Shown here: one piece after another, positions 63,153 to 64,000 of the stretch
Layout of the letters: every line of letters begins with the position of its first letter
How positions within the stretch are numbered: the stretch's first letter is position 1
DNA from: Liolophura sinensis
Taxonomy: Eukaryota
Assembly (NCBI RefSeq): GCF_032854445.1
Contig: NC_088295.1
Coordinates: 28,756,498-28,820,497, forward strand
Direction of reading: 5' to 3'
DNA length: 64,000 bases
Notes under the pieces: generated by a model
Told to the model about the DNA's origin: nothing
Seen by the model: only the letters and a program-made list of their open reading frames with translations
Database searches by the model: none
Program-made: the position numbers and the translations under genes

Positions 63153-63400
63153 CTGTTCAAATCTACCTCACGCTGGCTTCTTCTCCCACCCGTATGTGGG
63201 AAGGTCTGCTGTACGTGGGAAGGTCAGCTGTACGTGGGAAGGTCTTCCATACGTGGGAAGCAACCTGCAGATGGTCGTGGGTTTCCCCCAGGCTCTGCTT
63301 AGTTTTCTGCCACCATAAATAACTGGCCGCCATTGTATATGTGAAATATTCTTGAGTACAGCGTAAAAACAACAATCAGATAAATAAATAAAATATAAAT
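63153..63400 (+). mobile_element. SINE copy with an internal 4x tandem amplification of a roughly 18-bp core segment (gtacgtgggaaggtc...)
   Basis: The sequence is gttcaaatctacctcacgctggcttcttctcccacccgtatgtgggaaggtctgctgtacgtgggaaggtcagctgtacgtgggaaggtcttccatacgtgggaagcaacctgcagatggtcgtgggtttccccc...tatatgtgaaatattcttgagtacagcgtaaaaacaacaatcagataaataaataaaatataaat. Confidence 0.75.
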
Positions 63401-64000
63401 GGCTACTGTGATTCAACAGCTTTCAACAAAAAACGCATAAAGAAAGAAGGATCCTCTTTCGGATAGAAAATAAACAGAGTAGAGCACAACGAGTAAAAGA
63501 ACTTAACTGAATTATCTCTACAATAGCATTTGACCAACAAATATGAAATTCAAATTGTTTTCCATCAACACGATTGTTTATTGTTATTTATGTTTGCAGT
63601 TTTATAGTGTTTGCCCTTATAGGACATGAAAGTATGGCTGAGCTGTTTTCATTTTATGCTTGTACTATAAAAATGTAATTTGTTGAATCTACTGGAAGGT
63701 GCTATATGTATGATTTGCGATCACAGCTATGTTGGATCTCTAACAAATGAATTTCATGGTTTCTCCTGGAGTATTCTTTAAATATATACCCTGTGGTTCA
63801 TCAAATTCTTTTTCAGGTATCCAACATGGCTGCAAGTGTCAGTGATAGCTATAGCCTCCCAGAAAGCAAGAGTTATTTGCTAAAAATTTACTGTGGTTGA
63901 ATACTGGGAATGTGAATCTTTTAATAGTAATAACGAGGGGGTGTAAAACCATCCACCTGAACTAAATGTGTAGTGCCTGTATTTCACTTAAAGTGGTTCC

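Overview
This is eukaryotic DNA: AT-rich, CpG-depleted, with GT-AG introns and many copies of a tRNA-derived SINE. It most plausibly comes from an invertebrate metazoan, perhaps a mollusc or another lophotrochozoan; that is an inference, not a demonstrated fact.

Two protein-coding genes are clear:
- **HSP70 (positions 1-944, minus strand).** This is the 5' 944 bp of an intron-free cytosolic HSP70 gene. The 3' end runs off the window edge. Its promoter has a TATAAAT box at 1111-1118, a proximal heat-shock element (HSE) at 1132-1143, a perfect three-unit HSE at 1235-1252, a CCAAT box and a CACGTG E-box.
- **UHRF1 orthologue (2918-23246, plus strand).** It is transcribed divergently from HSP70, with the two ATGs about 2 kb apart. 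I mapped 17 coding exons with phase-consistent GT-AG junctions. The exons encode the ubiquitin-like (UBL), tandem Tudor, PHD, SRA (YDG) and RING domains, all colinear with vertebrate UHRF1.

The UHRF1 reading frame is broken at three places:
- Exon 9, the first SRA exon, carries two separate 1-bp deletions.
- Exon 5 runs into an in-frame TGA with no usable splice donor.
This is either three assembly indel errors or very recent pseudogenisation. Exon 4 also carries a roughly 130-aa acidic, low-complexity insertion inside the first Tudor domain.

From 24.6 kb to 64 kb I found no convincing coding sequence. That stretch is repeat-rich:
- About 19 full or partial copies, in both orientations, of one tRNA-derived SINE of about 275 bp, with an A box, a B box and an (AAAT)n/poly-A tail. 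One copy (59196-59469) is flanked by a perfect 11-bp target-site duplication.
- Several minisatellite and satellite arrays, with units of 59, 69, 31, 42, about 30 and about 36 bp.
- Two further dispersed repeat families.
- Two isolated CpG-rich, promoter-like islands, at about 25.74-25.93 kb and about 31.2-31.76 kb.

Nothing prokaryotic is present. The tandem arrays are eukaryotic minisatellites, not CRISPR arrays.
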